Assembly (NCBI RefSeq): GCF_001194135.2
Contig: NC_068991.1
Span: forward strand, 65,113,151 to 65,151,496
From: Octopus bimaculoides
Taxonomy: Eukaryota
Reading direction: 5' to 3'
DNA: 38,346 bases
Shown here: positions 1 through 38,346 of the stretch, in pieces
How the letters are laid out: every line of letters starts with the position of its first letter
How positions within the stretch are numbered: the stretch's first letter is position 1
The notes under the pieces: model-generated
Databases searched by the model: none
The model's input: the letters and a program-made list of their open reading frames with translations, nothing else
What the model was told of the DNA's origin: nothing
Position numbers and translations under genes: made by a program

Positions 1-255
1 ATGACAGTGCCGCCTGATTGGCATCTGTGCGAGTGGAATGTTAAAAGCACCATTTGAGCATGGCCAATGCCAGTACCGCTTGACTGGCCCTAGTGACGGT
101 GGCATGTAAAAGCACCCACTACACTATCAGAGTGGTTGGCGTTAGGAAGGGCATCCAGCTGTAGAAACTTTGCCAGATCAGATTGAGCCTTGTGCAGCCC
201 TTAGTCAAACCGTCCAACCCATGCCAGCATGGAAAGCAGACGTTAAACGCCGATG
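1..255 (+). mobile_element. Family D retroposon (5' end cut by window edge). Further diverged copies at about 6966-7160(+), 14150-14345(+), 28170-28460(-), 32390-32580(-), 34300-34505(+)
   Basis: Shared ttaggaagggcatccagctgtagaaac...caacccatgccagcatggaaag motif. Confidence 0.8.
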
Positions 256-604
256 GCACATACATACATATATATGTATATATATGTAGGAATTAAAGGT
301 AATGCTATGCTACTTTGTAGTAATCATTATTATCATTCACACACCCCCACACACCAGGTGCCAAAGTGATTGCAGAGCAATGTTAAAAGTTTTTGCTCAA
401 GAATACAATGCAGCGCCAAGTCCAGGAATTGAAACCACGATCTTTCAATTGTGAGTGCAACACCCTAATCACTAGGCCATTCATCCTCAACAACAACAAT
501 AATAATAATAATCTATACCCTGATACAGTACCTGGCAGTGACTTCCATGATATTTCTGATCTTAAATGATTGGAAGTGTTAACATGTACATGTTTTCTCT
601 TATA

Positions 605-960
605 TGTCAGTTGTTTGACTTTAACCAGTTGAGCACGGCCCCTTAATGTTTGACGATATGTGCGTCTGATCATGAACAGGAGTAGTGTGGGAGTATTATA
701 GCTATGTGTTGAGAGGAATTCTTTGAGTTTGAACAATTCACCTCTGGAAACAAGGGTGTTTCATTCATCATCCTGAAACAACCCTGAATCAGGGACCTTT
801 TCGGCAGGGCGGACTACTCAACCTGAAGAAAATTCTAACTGGGCCTCCACCTGCAAGGTCATGCATTGTTTATCTTGATATGAGGTTACCATATCGCATA
901 CATGGTTGTGATGCGTGTACCTGGTGTACCCTTATCAGTCGGGTAATTGCGGTTGACCTA
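605..960 (-). repeat. Interspersed repeat, unclassified
   Basis: GC-richer block (gaaaattctaactgggcctccacctgcaaggtcatgc...) resembling a repeat I associate with octopus genomes; single copy in this window, so not verifiable here. Confidence 0.4.
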
Positions 961-1652
961 TCGCGCATTCAGTACATCATGGATTTTTCTGGCTGATAAA
1001 TGTAAATTTATATCGCAGACTCCTCAGTATATCACAGGTTTCTGTGGCCGATAACTATTTATATCTTTTTAGATTTTAATTATTTCTGTGGGAGGTTTTG
1101 GAACATAACACCTACGATAGTCGAGGGATTACCGTATTGGGCTTTGCATATTTGTACCCCAGCATCACTTTGACATCATGCACTGCTCTCTCGATAATCT
1201 TATTAAATTCAGTGCTCAGGTACAATACAATTTGTCAGAAAAGAGTGAAAGAGGGGACAGAAAGCAGCAATAAGTTGAAAAAAGACAGACAGTTTATAAT
1301 AACCAAAAGTGCACGCATTGTACACAGGATAAAACATAAAATGGCAGAAACATTAACAATAAAAGAGTCACAGACAGGAAAGGATGCATAGATATAAAAA
1401 GAAATAATAAAGTATGAGAAATAACTGAAATAACTTATCTACTTAAATTCATTAATTTAGCCATATCATTTAAGGGGTGATACAGACCATGTCATATTTA
1501 ATAAAATCTTAATTTAAATTTTGCTCTTTGTCAGAAAGAAAACAAAAAAAAATCTTGCAAGCAAAGGGGAGATAATTTCCAAAAATTACAAATAGATTTC
1601 ACAAAATTCTCTTGAAACTTTCCTGGAAGCAATATAAAAGTTATTTTCTCAC

Positions 1653-35951
<34,299 letters not shown>

Positions 35952-36015
35952 CTGAAATTTAGAATGAGAAATGACACATTAAGACAACATTGTTTTCTTT
36001 TCAATATTTCACTTG

Positions 36016-36224
36016 TGGTGAGCTGGCAGAAATGTTAGCACACCGGGCAAGATGCTTAGCAGTATTTTGTCTGTCTTTATGTTCTGAGTTCAAATTCTGC
36101 CTAGGTCGACTCTGCCTTTCATCCTTTCAGGGTCAATAAATTAAGCACCAGTTGCTTACTGGGGTCATCTAATCAAGTGGCCCCCTGCCCCAAAATTTTG
36201 GGCCTTGTGCCTAGGGTAGAAAAG
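36016..36224 (+). mobile_element. tRNA-derived SINE, family B
   Basis: Same head and core as 31995-32216; 13-bp TSD AATATTTCACTTG at 36003-36015 and 36225-36237. Confidence 0.9.
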
Positions 36225-36540
36225 AATATTTCACTTGCCATTTCTCTTTCTTGCAAAGTCTGCATGTTTTGGTGTATCTGCATAAATTGCTAACACTCTC
36301 AAACATGAAAGGGCTACGGCAGTGATTGTTTTACATGACTCAACCAGAAGAGAAGCATTACAAAGACATGTTATTGTTTGGACAAATTAAAGATTGTATT
36401 GAACAGAGAGACAGTTTGCAAAGTGAGGTTTGCCAATAATTTATTCTTATCTCCTAAATAACAAATTATCACAATCAACTGTCATAGTATAACTATTTAA
36501 AAGACCTATATTTTCAATTAATTTGCTAAGAAGCGAAATC

Positions 36541-36897
36541 GTCATGGCACCTGTGCCCAGCATTGCCTTCCTGGCACTTGTGCCAGATGGCATGTGTAAA
36601 GACATTCGAGCGAGATCGTTGCCAGTGCCACCGAACTGACTCCTGTGCAGGTGGCACGTAAAATACACCATTTTGAGCGTGGCCATTGCCAGTACCGCCC
36701 GACTGGCCTTCGTGCTGGTGGCACGTAAAAGCACCCACTACACTCTCGGAGTGGTTGGCGTTAGGAAGGGCATCAAACTGTAGAAACTCTGCCAAATCAG
36801 ATTGGAGCCTGGTGCAGCCATCTGGTTCTCCAGTCCTCAGTCAAATCGTCCAACCCATACTAGCATGGAAAGCGGACATTAAACGACGATGATGATG
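36541..36897 (+). mobile_element. Family D retroposon (LINE-3'-end/SINE-tail-like) with (GAT)n tail
   Basis: Sub-repeats gccagtgcc...ggtggcacgtaaaa(a)gcacc followed by cactacactctcggagtggttggcgttaggaagggcatc...gcatggaaagcggac(a/g)ttaaacgacgatgatgat; many copies in the window. Confidence 0.85.
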
Positions 36898-37778
36898 AAA
36901 TACCAGCCAAATCACCTTCAAATCATAACTTCAAAAGATGAAGAACATTTCGAAAATAGACGCCCAGATACACTGTATGAAATAAAAGATGGAATAGTCA
37001 CAGCTGCAACACCTTTGATTATTATAAAGTCTACAGATTTTATAATCTGGGCTGATTTGGGGTTAAAACAACAGTAACACTATCAGAATCAAATCTTATC
37101 ATTTGTCATTTTAACATACATTTCTTCATATCAGAAAGGGTTTGACAAGTCTGTCACGCCAGAATGAGTCAATTGGGTATGACAATTTGAACGCTGATGA
37201 TTTGGCATGGCTGAATGGACATTCAACCCATTTTGACGACAGCATGTTTTGACAATGGATGCAAACATACATTCACACATGCTTGCACTCACAGAAATAT
37301 ACGTATATGGATAGAGTGAGGGAGGAGAGAGGGAGAAAGACATTACACATACATACACACATACCTAGATTTCATGTGCACAAACAGAGAGAGGGAGAGA
37401 CGGAGAAAAACATTACATCTAATGTCCAATAAGGCAGCACCAAATCATTGACGCCAAAACATCTCATACCCCTATCACACTAAACGTCACTACTTGTTAT
37501 GCTGTTACAACTTCCTCATATTATTCTTCTTGCTCTTCCTTCAAGTACCTTCTACTGTTAGCATACAGAGGTTTACCATCACCTACAGGTTTCAATGTAG
37601 GACCAGAGATATCAACCTATCGAAACCTCAATTAGCAAACTGTTTTTATATTTAATACAGTCATTAATATATTCAAATACCATTAGACCAATTCCATTTT
37701 CTTGTTCTTCTTATTCCTACATTATAAAGTTATACAAAGTATCTCTGATTTACCAGAAGTCTATTAGATGAATTGTGG

Positions 37779-38142
37779 AGGCGCAATGGCCCAGTGGTTA
37801 GGGCAGTGGACTCGCGGTTTCGATTCCCAGACCGGGCGTTGTGAGTGTTTATTGAGCGAAAACACCTAAAGCTCCACGAGGCTCCAGCAGTAAATGGTGG
37901 CGAACCCTGCTGTAGTCTTTCACCACAACTTTCTCTCACTCTTACTTCCTGTTTCTGTTATACCTGTAATGTAATTCAAAGAGTCAGCCTTGTCACACTG
38001 AATCTCCCCGAGAACTACGTTAAGGGTACACGTGTCTGTGGAGTGCTCAGCCACTTGCACGTTAATTTCACGAGCAGGCTGTTCCGTTGATCGGATCAAC
38101 TGGAACCCCCGACGTCGTAAGCGACGGAGTGCCAACAACAAC
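37779..38142 (+). mobile_element. tRNA-derived SINE, family C, with (CAA)n tail
   Basis: Head ggcgcaatggcccagtggttagggc...ggtttcgattccc (A/B-box-like); CpG-rich; imperfect 16-bp TSD attagatgaattgtgg (37763-37778) / attaaatgaattatgg (38143-38158). Confidence 0.85.
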
Positions 38143-38346
38143 ATTAAATGAATTATGGCAATCTGTATAAAATCTGAGCAAGAAAATTGTCTGAGCCTTT
38201 AAACGTTCCTTTATTTTAATTTTGAAATGCAATAACACATTTTTTCTCATCCCTCCCATCTATTTTTCAGTTACAATTTCAAGATTATTATAATGTGGCA
38301 ATTTTTATGCCACATTAAAATATTTAAAAATATTTAAGAGATTACT

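Noticed and set aside
1098-1391. 97-aa plus-strand ORF, and a nested plus-strand gene in general
   Set aside because: Low-complexity purine-rich composition, no recognisable domain, and no chain of plus-strand exons found anywhere in the window.
36916-36972. Exon-like segment with acceptor atttcatacag and donor AAG|gtgatt
   Set aside because: Stops in all three frames and no family similarity.
37779-37840. tRNA-like sequences (also at the heads of families A, B and E)
   Set aside because: A/B-box-like heads continue into SINE bodies with tails and TSDs; no complete cloverleaf.

Overview
Eukaryotic, AT-rich, microsatellite- and SINE-dense genomic DNA that looks like a cephalopod (Octopus-like) draft assembly (inference from repeat content; two N gaps at 6427-6965 and 27086-27095). 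The whole window is the internal part of one large minus-strand gene of the MAPKBP1/WDR62 (JNKBP1) WD40 scaffold family. I reconstructed by hand 14 core coding exons (35879-35951 down to 1653-1828; all GT-AG, phases chain into one open frame of 1968 nt) plus three further in-frame phase-0 exons (7311-7403, 5768-5815, 3951-4031). Both ends of the gene lie outside the window. Most exons are invisible in the ORF track, and nearly all ORFs in that track are artefacts of microsatellites, Ns or SINEs. Introns carry several tRNA-derived SINE families, LINE-tail-like repeats, an RTE-like fragment, mariner- and piggyBac-type MITEs and a probable truncated LTR element. I see no evidence for a new multi-gene system. 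The best leads are a 580-bp MITE with perfect 37-bp TIRs, an 8-bp TSD and a head-to-head (CCCTAA)n/(TTAGGG)n core; an intronic pre-miRNA-sized hairpin; and a cluster of small cassette exons and alternative donors in the region encoding the disordered C-terminal part of the protein. All splice calls are sequence-based predictions without RNA data.
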